Shown here: in pieces, positions 25,884-38,500 of the stretch
How the letters are laid out: the number at the start of each line of letters is the position of its first letter
How positions within the stretch are numbered: position 1 is the stretch's first letter
Source: Eledone cirrhosa
Lineage: Eukaryota
Length of the DNA stretch: 64,000 nucleotides
Assembly: GCA_964016885.1 (NCBI GenBank)
Contig: OZ024747.1
Location: 73,222,001 to 73,286,000 of the forward strand
Direction of reading: 5' to 3'
Position numbers and translations under genes: made by a program
The notes under the pieces: model-generated
Told to the model about the DNA's origin: nothing
Database searches by the model: none
Seen by the model: only the letters and a program-made list of their open reading frames with translations

Positions 25884-25968
<85 letters not shown>

Positions 25969-26199
25969 TACATACATACATATATACACATATATATGTG
26001 TGTGTGTATATGTGCGTGCGTGTGAGACTTGATTTGTAAATGTTCAGTCCTCTCTGCAAGCTAGACGTTCTCCACACCGAATATATTTTAGTTGAATGAG
26101 ATCTGGAGATATCTACTTTCTACTTTGTCCAAGAACATGAAACGTAATGAGAATCAATGGATTAAAATGACATAAATATCCCTTCCACTGAATGAATGC

Positions 26200-26232
<33 letters not shown>

Positions 26233-26284
26233 TACGTATGTATGTATATATATATATATGTATGTATATATATATGTATGTATG

Positions 26285-26891
26285 TCAGGTCACCAGTTGG
26301 TGCTACTGGTAACATATATCCCAGTACAACCTGTCTCATGGTCGGGTCGTTGGCGACTAAACTGGCAACCCCACAAAGATTTCTAGGTGAGGAGGCTGAC
26401 TTTGGACATCCTGCAGGACTAAAAACAAAACCTGTCAAAGGGCTAAGGAACTCTTAAGAGTCAATGGCCATCCAAAATCACCGGGAGAGATGACCCCTTA
26501 CCCTTTGTCAAGGCATACTTCTAGGAGAAGGAAAACTTTGATATAACACCTGCAACTCTGATGGTATCCAATGATGTTGACTTGTTATTCTTTTTGGTAA
26601 ATATCATCTTGGTTAAGAGAGTGGGACTGGCTTTGTGCAGTGCCTTTGCTCACTATAAAAGCTTCACGGCACAGGCATTGCTTTATATCTGGAGATCTCT
26701 CTGCACTTGTCGTCACATGGTACCATGGGCCCAGCACTATGTGTCAATAATTGTCACAAGTGTAGTGTTTGTACCAGAGTTTTCAAGTCGCTGGCTGGAC
26801 TAAAAAGTCACACTCGTTCAGCGCATCGGTAGGGGTTCTCCTACATGGATATAAAGTAGTGGCCGTACTCACTCGAAAACGAGTTGGCAGC
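26285..26891 (+). mobile_element. Non-autonomous, internally deleted RTE-type element (5'-UTR-like part joined to 3' end)
   Basis: The 5' part has TCTAGGAGAAGGAAAACT, which I recall as common in RTE 5' regions. The 3' part encodes HKCSVCTRVFKSLAGLKSHTRSAHR* (26755-26832). Bounded by TA-rich tracts. Confidence 0.6.
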
Positions 26892-26995
<104 letters not shown>

Positions 26996-27234
26996 TTATA
27001 TATATATATAAATAGATATACGTATTTATGTATATATATATATATGTAAATATGATAATAATGGAGCTGCGGCGTTGCAAATGGGTTACATATGAAAAAG
27101 TTTGTCCTTCATCAGTGGTCTTCCAACCGTCATAGGCATTTCATCGCTTTAAAGACCATATACCTCAGGTTGGTGCGAGCAACGGCTAAAAAAAGTCGTT
27201 GGGACACGTAAATAAAGGGGACGCTAGGGTAAAC

Positions 27235-27380
<146 letters not shown>

Positions 27381-28752
27381 GCAAATACTTCTACACGACT
27401 AGATCTGATTAATTTGTTGGAAGTCACGAGGAAAATCTTTTGTTGTGATTTCATACGAATGAAACAGTTCTAGTCCTGTAGAAGTCATTTCTATATAAAA
27501 TAAAAATGCCTATACTTTACTAATGTGTATTTATATGAAATATAATATAAATGGAAGAATATTACTAAAAGGAAATATGAAGATATAAATGTCAGTATAA
27601 ATATTTATTGTGAGCTTTTCTCACTGTCTAACTCTCTTGTGTGACTTCATCAGCGAAGCATAATCTTCCCAAATTCAATTCATTGAATGTTTTATATACG
27701 TCATTTAGAAAATCCTCAACTAGTTTATCTAAATATATGACGGTGATCCACGGTATTAATTCCCTTTGATCACTTTTTGAAAGCAACTATTTCTACTTGC
27801 AAAACATATCTGCTCACAGATCGTGTACTCCTCAGAAGGCTATATTTCGATGATGATATACAGGATTCGACTGAAAAGTTCATAGTCTGGCTATGATAGA
27901 GCAATGCTATTGCGTGTTAAATCTTGCATGCATTAAATTAAACTCCTCTTATTAATAACTGCCTTGTTACTTTCCAAGTGCTATGTTGTAAAATAAACCT
28001 CTTTAGATCATTCTATGAGAGTATATTGCTCAACCTAGGACCTTTCCAGCCGACCTTCTTATAATAAGACCAAAATATGGCACTAGCTGTCTGTAAGTAT
28101 GTATGTGTGTATGTATGGATATATGTTAAAAAACAAAGGAGATTTCTTTCCTAAGTATCAAAATTATATTTTCTGTTAAACAATTTCAATGAGAATGTTA
28201 GTGTCGCCACAGAAACCTTAGCTTCAGACAACGTTTATCGTCAATAACAAATATCTCTCCCTCATCCCTACATTCAAATAAAAGACAACAAATCACTGTT
28301 GACAATTGTCAAAGAGAAATTCATTAATATGTAACTAAAAGGTATTATACAGCTCCATATATATATCCCTACATACACACATACATACTTACAGACATAC
28401 ATTCATACATACACATACTTACTTACAGACATAAAATGATACATATACACATACATACTTACAGACATACATTCATACATATACACATACATACATTCAT
28501 GCATATTGATTGCTACCTTGTCTGGTCAGTACACCCGCTGACTTACAAATTAAACCACACTCATTGCTAATGTACTGTGGATTGTGCGGAATCCACTAGA
28601 CGGCACCGGCCGTCAGCCTTTCAATATTCATAGCTGGGCTTTCAAAATGTTTATTTATTAAACATACCATATATCTTCAGATGTACGAAATTCACATACA
28701 TGTATGTATACAGCTATAAAGAAGCCACATTTTGATATATATATATATAAAA

Positions 28753-29182
28753 TAAAGTAATTAAGTCAAATATTTAAAATTTGGCTTCGTTTATTAAAGA
28801 TGTACTGCTATATATATTTCGGTGGCAGCCATCATTGGCTGTGACCTCTTCAGGCAGTCCGAATTGGTTTGGTAGAGACAGGTACACATGTTGTTAAAGT
28901 GTTTTACTCCGTCAATACTCCGATATATCCAGCTCCTGGTTGGGTTGTTATTTCTCTCAATATGATTCCAGTTCCTCAGAGAAATAACAACCTAACCAGG
29001 AGCTGGATATATCGGAGTATTGACGGAGTAAAACACTTTAACAACATGTGTACCTGTCTCTACCAAACCAATTCGGACTGCCTGAAGAGGTCACAGCCAA
29101 CGATGGCTGCCACCGAAATATATATAGCAGTACATCTTTAATAAACGAAGCCAAATTTTAAATATTTGACTTAATTATTTTA
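28753..29182. repeat. Long palindrome: ~205-bp arms, 20-nt loop, about 3 mismatches
   Basis: 28753-28957 is the reverse complement of 28978-29182. Confidence 0.95.
29077..29131 (+). ncRNA. Type I hammerhead ribozyme motif (family B); mirror copy on minus strand at 28804-28858
   Basis: actgc-CTGAAGA-ggtcacagcca acga tggctgccacc-GAAA-tatataTA-gcagt; 5-bp stem I and palindromic stem III. Confidence 0.8.
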
Positions 29183-29663
29183 CATTACTCTGGAGTAACC
29201 AAACCAACCTGCGTACTTCGTCGAGTGCTCCAATCTGCATACTCAGGTGTCGGTAAACAACCAACATATACTAAAAAAAAATAAAAATATATATATATAT
29301 ATATATGAACACGAAAATAGCGAGAGAGAGAAAAGAAGGGGAACTCAATTTGATGAGGGGGGGGGGGGGGGGGGGCGGCATTCGCGCCGACCTGCCCCTA
29401 ATCCGATAAATTAGGCCCTGCGCTCACACACACATATACACACGCACACACACACGCACACATGCATACATACATAGATAAATATATAGATATATACATA
29501 CACATATAAATAGATATATACATACATAGATATATTGATATATAATACATATATAGGTATATAGATATATAATAGATATATAAATATATAGATATATAGA
29601 TATATAGATATATACATACACATATATATATATATATATTTATACCCCCCCCCCCCCCCCCCC

Positions 29664-29696
<33 letters not shown>

Positions 29697-30099
29697 CGGT
29701 TACCGGGATTCTCATCTCAATCTATTCTGTTACATCAGACAGTTCACACATGTCCAGACTACATTTAAAGCAAAAATCGATATCAATAATATGCCACCAT
29801 AGATTCACGTGCCCAAAGACATAAACCAACGTTATGTCTGTCTGTGTGTCCAGACATCTTCTCTCCACCACCAACCAACATAAGAATAAAAGAATAAATT
29901 AATAACATAACATAAAAACAACAACAAAACAATACTCGGATATATTTTATAACAACAGAAGTTTTATATTTTAAAAAAATATATAGTTTTTTTCTTTTGA
30001 TATTTAACGTTGACACACGGACATAAGTATATATACACGGTAGTGGCTCTACTTGGGGCACAAGGCCAGCAATAACCACAGTGTATTACTGGTACTTTG

Positions 30100-30283
30100 A
30101 TATGATAATGACGATGATGATGATGATGAGGAGGAGGAAACGGATGTTGATGGTGGTGGGGATGATGGTGATTATAATGATGATGGTGATGATGGTGATG
30201 ATGGTGATGGTGGTGATGACGATGATGATGATGGCGATGGCGATGGTGATGATGATGATGATGATGATGATGATGGTGGTGGC

Positions 30284-30332
<49 letters not shown>

Positions 30333-31075
30333 GCGATGGTGATGATGATGGTGATGGTGAAGATGATGATGATGACGATGATGATGATGATGATGATGAT
30401 GGTGATGGTGAGGGTGATGGTGATGATGATGGTGATGATGATGGTGATGATGGTGATGGTGATGATGGTGGTGATGGCGATGGTGATGGTGATGATGATG
30501 GTGGTGATGGTGGTGATGGCGATGGTGATGGTGATGATGATGGTGGTGATGGCGATGGTGATGGTGATGATGATGATGGTGGTGATGGTGGTGATGGCGA
30601 TGGTGATGGTGGTGATGATGATGGTGGTGATGGCGATGGTGATGTGGTGATGATGGTGATGATGATGATGATGATGGTGATGTGATGGTGATGGTGGTGA
30701 TGATGGTGATGGTGATGGTGATGGTGGTGATGATGGTGATGGTGGTGATGATGATGGTGATAGTGAAGATGATGATGATGATGATGGTGATGGTGATGGT
30801 GATGGGGATGGTGATGGTGGTGATGATGGTGATGATGATGGTGATGATGAAGATGGTGATGGTGATGATGATGGTGGTGATGGTGGTGATGGCGATGGTG
30901 ATGGTGGTGATGATGATGGTGATAGTGAAGATGATGATGATGATGATGGTGATGGTGATGGTGATGGTGGTGATGATGGTGATGATGATGGTGATGGTGA
31001 AGATGGTGATGGTGATGATGATGGTGGTGATGGTGGTGATGGCGATGGTGATGGTGGTGATGATGATGATGAATG
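30100..31075. repeat. (GAT/GGT)n trinucleotide array
   Basis: Directly visible. Confidence 0.95.
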
Positions 31076-32169
31076 TGATAGATAATAGCGATCATGAAGA
31101 AATATCATATGACTTTGATGTGAAAGAGGAAGATGGGGAGGATAAGAATGACGAAGAAGCAGCGGAGGAGGAGGATGAGGAGGAAGTGGAGGAAGATGAA
31201 AAGGTGAATATAATGGGGATGGGGATGATGAAGATAAAGGTGAAGATGATGAGGCTGATGAGGATGAAGTGATGGATTAAAGATAGGTCTTACTAGATTA
31301 TGAAATTGATACAGCTGATGCCCTCAACATTTATAGAATAAGAAGCTAAGAATAGTTGGCCGGGGCTGGAAACGAGGGATGGCGGGTGTAGTGGAAGGTT
31401 AGACAGAATACCTTTAACAAAATGGACTCTGCCAAAGCGTGACTTGCTGGAAATGTTAAATGTAACTGTATTTTGTTTGAATTAAATAGGTCAATATTTT
31501 TGGTAAAGCTCAGCCATTTGAAGGTTCATTTCACGAGCAGACAGGTTGTTCTTTTCGTCAATCAAAAATGAAACAATCATCGTCGAGACCGAAGATGGCC
31601 CAAACTACGAGGGTTGGCTGAAAAGTCCATAGGCTGACCAACATACTTTCAGTAAATGACCAAATGAGGTTTATGCTTCAACATATTTCTTGGAAAGAAA
31701 CAAGGCAGTTATAAATAAGAAGAGCTGAAATTAATGCACGCAAGATTTAACAAGATATTCTCATGAAATGATCAAATGAGGTTTATTTTACAACACAACC
31801 CCTTGACGGAAAGTATACAGTTATTAATAATTGTTTCTACTTTTGGCACAAGGCCAGCTATTACCCCAAAGATTTGAAATTAATGTAAGTTTCACAGCTC
31901 TAGCATCACTCCTTCATAGTCAGCCTTGCAAAGTGACTTCACTCTTCACCGAACAGCTCTATGACATTTCCTCGATAGCAGCAACAGCAACAACAACAGC
32001 AGTAGCAGCAACAGCAGCAGCAGTAACAGCAACAGCAGCAGTAGCAGCAGCAGCAACAGCAACACCAACAACAGCAGTAGCCGTAGAAATCATCAGAAAG
32101 TAGATGCTAGGATCAATCCTTTCTACTTTTCCTCCAATAATTGGCATTATGTCAACATTATTACCTTTA

Positions 32170-32930
32170 GGCGGTGGGTTGGCAGTATCGGTAGAGGGTC
32201 GGACGCCATGATAGGGCGGTGGGTTGGCAGTATCGGTAGAGGGTCGGACGCCATGATAGGGCGGTGGGTTGGCAGTATTGGTAGAGGGTCGGACGCCATG
32301 ATAGGGCGGTGGGTTGGCAGTATCGGTAGAGGGTCGGACGCCATGATAGGGCGGTGGGTTGGCAGTATCGGTAGAGGGTCGGACGCCATGATAGGGCGGT
32401 GGGTTGGCAGTATTGGTAGAGGGTCGGACGCCATGATAGGGCGGTGGGTTGGCAGTATCGGTAGAGGGTCGGACGCCATGATAGGGCGGTGGGTTGGCAG
32501 TATCGGTAGAGGGTCGGACGCCATGATAGGGCGGTGGGTTGGCAGTATCGGTAGAGGGTCGGACGCCATGATAGGGCGGTGGGTTGGCAGTATCGGTAGA
32601 GGGTCGGACGCCATGATAGGGCGGCGGATTGGCAGTATCGGTAGAGGGTCGGACGCCATGATAGGGCGGCGGATTGGCAGTATCGGTAGAGGGTCGGACG
32701 CCATGATAGGGTGGTGGGTTGGCAGTATCGGTAGAGGGTCGGACGCCATGATAGGGCGGTGGGTTGGCAGTATCGGTAGAGGGTCGGACGCCATGATAGG
32801 GCGGTGGGTTGGCAGTATCGGTAGAGGGTCGGACGCCATGATAGGGCGGTGAATTGGCAGTATCGGTAGAGGGTCGGACGCCATGATAGGGCGGTGGATT
32901 GGCAGTATCGGTAGAGGGTCGGACGCCATG
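32170..32930. repeat. 45-bp tandem array, ~17 copies, derived from the SINE head
   Basis: Unit GGCGGTGGGTTGGCAGTATCGGTAGAGGGTCGGACGCCATGATAG. Confidence 0.95.
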
Positions 32931-33078
32931 CTTTGCAGCAAAGAGATACGGCCCTTTATGATCTGGGTTCAAATCCCGCTGAGGTTAACTTTGCCTTTCA
33001 TCCTTACGGGGTCGATAAAATAAAGTACCAGTAATACACTGGGTAATTGCTGGCCTTGTACCAAAAGTAGAAACAATT
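32890..33078 (+). mobile_element. tRNA-derived SINE, full length
   Basis: A-box-like TGGCAGTATCGG, B-box GGGTTCAAATCCC, core TTGCCTTTCATCCTTACGGGGTCGATAAAATAAAGTACCAG (recalls Meta-SINE-type cores), tail GGCCTTGTACCAAAAGTAGAAAC. Confidence 0.9.
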
Positions 33079-33262
33079 ATGTCAACATTCCTCCATTGTT
33101 GCTATCGGCAGAAATAGGTCAAAACTATGAATTAAACTAATTTACCTGTTTTATGTTGGTCACGACTGGGTTTACCTTAGAAGATATGGAAACGGCCAAT
33201 GGACATTTATAATCTTATCCATCTCTGCCTCCAGCTTTTCTCTCTATTTTCCTGTCTTTCTC

Positions 33263-33298
<36 letters not shown>

Positions 33299-33318
33299 TG
33301 CTTCTTTCTTTGCTTCTT

Positions 33319-33360
<42 letters not shown>

Positions 33361-33784
33361 AGATCTAGCTGTCGTCTGTTCTACAGTGTGGATGTCATTC
33401 ACTTCGCACAGAAGTTTTGTTCAAATTTATTGAGGAAATTTTGTGAGTTCAAACTTAATTTTGATACAATTGTGTAGCTTGACCCTCCGTCTGAACTGTC
33501 AGGCGGTGGGTCAGCTCATCTTTACCCCTCCTAGAGGTGAAAAACCTGTTTTAAAAAAAATTTTGTGTAAAAAATTTCAATCGTCTAACAGAAATGTTAA
33601 ACGCAGCGAACGAAAATAGTGGTGGGGGGACAGCGGTAAGAGTTGTAAGCTCGCACGCTTTAGTCCTCCCTTCCTTCCCAACTAACGTCATAGAGAAGGA
33701 AGGAAAAATGAAAATAAAAACGGACGAATCTGCGGAGGAAAAAAAATTAAATGACGAAAACAACGAAAAAAAAAATTTGAAAAA

Positions 33785-35473
33785 TTGCATGACAATACTA
33801 ATAACACAAACAAAGACACAACAAACAAAAAAATAACAGTTGAAAATAACATCATATCAGAAAACAAAGCAGACGACCAGATTTCATTTGCACAGAAAAC
33901 AAAGAAATCTTTGACTTATATAGCGGAAAACATTTCAGATGTGGTACGAAGGATCACGGACGCAAAACAATACATAAGTGAAGGTGAGAATGGTATTTTA
34001 TTGGTAAAAATGCCTCAAGAATTCACGAAAGACATTGAAAGCCGAACGGTCAAGTTTCGGACCATCAACAACAGTACAAAAAAACCTGAACAGCCTTCTC
34101 AAGCAGATATCAAAACAGTACTCGCAGAAGTACTGAATGAAACAACTTTCATAAGAAAAGACAGACTGTATGGAAGTCTAGCAATTATCATGAAGAACGA
34201 ATCGGCGGCAAAAAAATGTGCTTTGTCACCGATTCGTTCGAAATATTTCACCTTTTATCCATCTTATATGGGAAAAAAAACTCAACGCATATGGCTGGAT
34301 GCAATGATGCCAGATGTGGACTACTGCTGGCTCATAGCTGGCTTCATCGATCCAGTGAATGACAACGTGATTTCCATTGGGAAAACCACAGGCAATGCGT
34401 TCAGTGGAACAGGTATAGAGCTGGTAGTACAAATGAAGCCTGAACGCATCGCCCAAATACCCGACAGAATCCTATTAGAGGACCACGGGTATATAAACAT
34501 TAGCGTGGAGGGGAGAAGGCCGTCCTGCCATATCTGTGCAGGCAGAGGGCACCTGAAGGCCGCTTGTCCACAACTCAACAAAAAGAAAACTCTGCTACCA
34601 ACACCAGCTCCACCACCACCACCACAACAGATAAACAAACAACAAAACTCAGTCCCACCCAACCCGTCCCTCAGTAACACCACAACACCACCACAACACA
34701 AACAGTCACAACACATTACCCCAAAACAAAATACAGGCCCACCCAACCTCTCACTCAATAAAACAACACAACCACCGCAGACACAACACACAACACAGTC
34801 TAACATAGTGACATCCATCTCCCCCACAAAGAAAACCAACACGGAAACATTACCAGCAAACATACCTCTTCCCTCCAACACTGAAGATAACCCAACGAAT
34901 TCGGAGGAAGAAACGGAGTCCTTCAGACAGATTAAAAGGAAAAAAAGAAAACATGTGCAAAACACACAAGGACAAACAACCCCCACCCAAATCGCAACAC
35001 AATCTAACAAAACAGAAAACACCCCTCCAGCAACAAACAAAACCAAACCTGCCCCTCCCCTCTTCGAAACACTCACACCATCGGAAAAAAAGACATTACA
35101 CTATACTTACATCAACAGAAATAATAATAAATTAAATGAACTCATATACAATAATCCTTCGGTACAAACCGAAGGTGTAAACTTTGTTTCATCAGAAAAC
35201 CACCCACATTTAAAACTAATAAAAATCCCAATGAACCTCTACCAAAAACTAAAAAAGGATTTTAAGGAGGACGTAGGACCACCCTCTGTCAAACCCATAA
35301 ACCGCGTCCTACTAAAAAGCTTTCCCCCTCCCCTTCCCCTCCCCAACACAACTCCAAACACCCCAACCCCACCACACACCGACGACCCCACACCACCACA
35401 AGACACCCCTTCACCCAACACCCCCGACCCCATGGAAGTCGTGCAACCCGAACCCCGGGAAGCGGAAAGGTAG
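33785..35473 (+). CDS. LINE ORF1 protein (gag-like CCHC knuckle, Pro/Thr-rich tail); start uncertain
   Basis: CHICAGRGHLKAAC matches CX2CX4HX4C. The listed start is TTG; the true N-terminus may be the ATG at 33594 in another frame. Confidence 0.85.
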   Translation: MHDNTNNTNKDTTNKKITVENNIISENKADDQISFAQKTKKSLTYIAENISDVVRRITDAKQYISEGENGILLVKMPQEFTKDIESRTVKFRTINNSTKKPEQPSQADIKTVLAEVLNETTFIRKDRLYGSLAIIMKNESAAKKCALSPIRSKYFTFYPSYMGKKTQRIWLDAMMPDVDYCWLIAGFIDPVNDNVISIGKTTGNAFSGTGIELVVQMKPERIAQIPDRILLEDHGYINISVEGRRPSCHICAGRGHLKAACPQLNKKKTLLPTPAPPPPPQQINKQQNSVPPNPSLSNTTTPPQHKQSQHITPKQNTGPPNLSLNKTTQPPQTQHTTQSNIVTSISPTKKTNTETLPANIPLPSNTEDNPTNSEEETESFRQIKRKKRKHVQNTQGQTTPTQIATQSNKTENTPPATNKTKPAPPLFETLTPSEKKTLHYTYINRNNNKLNELIYNNPSVQTEGVNFVSSENHPHLKLIKIPMNLYQKLKKDFKEDVGPPSVKPINRVLLKSFPPPLPLPNTTPNTPTPPHTDDPTPPQDTPSPNTPDPMEVVQPEPREAER

Positions 35474-35506
35474 GTCTCTACACTCTCCTTTGGCTCTGCC
35501 GCCCAC

Positions 35507-38500
35507 ATGGATGTGTTAAGAGTAGGATGTTTGAATGCACGTGGCCTGGGCTCAACTTGGAAGCAAGCAAAGCTTCTAAATGACCTCAGGTCATGTAGTA
35601 TAAATGTAATGGTTATCTGTGAGACTCGAATCAGCGTCATGCGGCAGCTGGCCCCCACCTTCGATGACTTTGAAGTGCATGCATCTCTCTGTCAACCTGG
35701 AGGTGGGGGTGGGGTTGTCGTGCTGCTGCAAAAACACCTGGGTCTTGCCGTACAGGTTGTGCACTCGGACCCGGAGGGTCGTTTGTTGGTGCTAGACGTT
35801 GGCAGTAGTGAAAGTGCGGCCTTGAGACTGGTCGCCGTCTACTCCCCTTTCGGAGCTGAACGGCCCGACTTCTTCCAGCGTTTGGAGACTTTTCTGGGAA
35901 CGTCGCGTTCCCTGCTTCTAGCGGGGGATTGGAATGACATCCTGGATGCACGTTGGGACTATGCAGGAGCATGTCCTAATAGAGGGGGGTGTAACAGCCT
36001 CAAGGGGTTACTCGACCGTTTTAACTTGGTCGATAGATATCGACTAGATTTTCCAACTGTGCCTACCTGGACTTGGAGAAACCACAGTGGTCAATCTAGA
36101 TCGTACTTAGATAGATTCTTAGTTAGAAGTAAGGATAGGGACATATTAAGCTGTCCAGAAATGCGCACGGTTGGCTACACGGATCACAAATTAGTGACCT
36201 GCGTGGTCAATCTCGAGAAAACACATAGACAGGGTCCCGGTTACTGGAAACTTAATTTGTCTTTACCGGCAAAAGAGACTTACAGAAACCGGATTAGCAG
36301 ATTAGTTAAGGAGAGGTTGACGGGTGCAATCGTCAACAACCGATGGTGGGCATCTCTCAAAAGAGAGATTAGAACAGAATCAATAAGTTATAGCAAGATG
36401 TTAGCTGCCAATAGGAATAGAAACGAGAAAGAATTAACAGGTAAATTAGAAGAGGCAATCAAGAGCGAAGATGTGGCCAGAGTGCTGGCATCGAGGACGG
36501 CCTTGAACCAGTTTTTCGATGCAAAGCATGAAGGCTGCGTCATTCGAAGTAAAATACGTGCTCTAGGTAATGAGGGGGCCAAAGCCGTTGGATGGGCCCG
36601 CGTGACAGAAGCTAAAAGTGGAAATCGATCCACCATCCGGTCGTTGCAAGACGAAGATGGACGAGTGATCCGGGAGCCTAAGCAGATGTGCGAGGCCTTT
36701 CAAAAGCACTTTGCCCGATTGTTCGGGGGAGGCGAGGGTCCGGGCCGGGGCGTGGATTTCGGTCCATACCTCGACGGCCTGCCGCGTCTCTCGAACAAAG
36801 AGGCAGAGTCCTGCGAGGGACCAATCTCGGCTGATGAGATCGGAGATGCGCTGAGCCAATGCAGCAGACGCAAATCTCCAGGTCTCGATGGTATACCTTA
36901 CGAACTTTATTTAGCAATGCCGGTCTTCTTCTCCGAACTCCTCGAAGCGGTCTACTGCAATTGGCAGCAGAACGGGAGAATTCCTTGTTCTGTAGCCAAG
37001 GGCGTAGTCACGCTGGTGAGGAAGGACGAGAACAAGGGGGATAGTATAAATAATTTTCGGCCCATAACCCTGCTAAACACAGAGTTAAAGATTTTGGCCA
37101 AGGTGTTAGCAAAGAGGTTGGCGCTTGTCGTGGGTGGCCTGGTGGGAGATGCGCAGACATGTGCTATCCCATCCAGGTCCATTCACGATAACCTCCACCT
37201 CATGCGATACATCATAGAGAGGGTTGGCAACAAACCCGGCTTCGGTGGGGCCCTGATCAACTTGGATCAGTCTAAGGCCTTCGATAGGGTCGACCATGGT
37301 TACCTGGATGCGGTGCTAGCGGCGGCTGGGTTCGGTCCTGTTTTCAGAGGCTGGATCACTGCCCTACATAGCAACCACATCTGTTCTAGGATCAAGGTGA
37401 ACGGCTACCTTTCGAAGCCGTTCGAAATCACACGATCCATTCGACAGGGGTGCCCTCTCTCCTCCCTTCTGTACGTATTGACTCTCGAGCCTTTACTGAG
37501 GAAGTTGGAGTTGTTGCAGGGTATCCCCCTGGAACCAGGATTGAGCAAAGCGGTGTCGGCCTACGCCGATGACGTAACAGTAATGGTATCAACCGACTCG
37601 GAGATCGAGGCGATCGGTACCTTACTGGAGGAGTACGAAAGGTTGTCAGGAGCGAAACTGAACCGGGAAAAATCCATCGGGCTGCAACTCGGAACGTGGA
37701 GAGGCAAACCGATGCCTCCTGACGGTGTCGTCGGACACTGGACGGAGGGCCCGGTAAAGTTGCTTGGGGTCTGGTTTGGACCGGACCTCCAGGTGGAAAA
37801 GAACTGGAACGAGGTTACGAACAAGGTGTTTGCACTAACCCAGAAATGGGCCAAGTGTAAGCTGTCCCTAAAAGGCCGGGCGGAGGTGGCGAACATTTAC
37901 ATAGCGTCCGTCACTTACTACCGCCTGACTGTCGTGCCTTGCCCTAAGGAAACACTCACCACCATGGAACGCATGCTCTTCCAATTTCTTTGGAAGAAGC
38001 GTCCTCCTATGGTGAGAAGATCCATCTGCTGCCAACAACCTTCGAAAGGAGGGCTGGGGATGCCGTGGTTGATGATGCGTAGGCACGCATTAAGGCTACG
38101 GCACCTACAGGTATTCCTCACTGGTCAACCGGTGTGGGCTCCGTTCGTGAAACGAGCCTTTCCGAGACTCGTCTCACTCACCGAGCTACAGTCCTGGGTC
38201 AAGCAAAGATCCGGAAAACTGGGAGACTGGCACACTGAGTGTGCTCAGGCGCTCAGGGCTCTCTGGCAAGCGGGCCGGGCCATCGGTGGAGAATCCACCT
38301 CATCATTCTATAGAGGGCTGGTGGCTAGCAGGGGCGATGACACCCTTGGAGAGTCGCTGGACATGGAAGAAGACGAACTGGCCAGCCTGTTCGGTAGGAC
38401 TTTCGGCCCAGGACCAATGGACAACTTCCAGAAGTCACTGGCCTGGCAGTGCTACCGAGGGGCTCTACCTGTTCGAGAGAGGCTCTACAGACACGGGCGC

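Noticed and set aside
30081-31272. Met/Val-rich and His/Ser-rich ORFs
   Set aside because: Artefacts of the (GAT/GGT)n array.
32890-32980. Possible tRNA genes at SINE heads (also about 6985-7065 and 40749-40810)
   Set aside because: A/B boxes are present but there is no convincing cloverleaf; 32890 and 40749 run into SINE bodies and 6985-7065 is too decayed to call.
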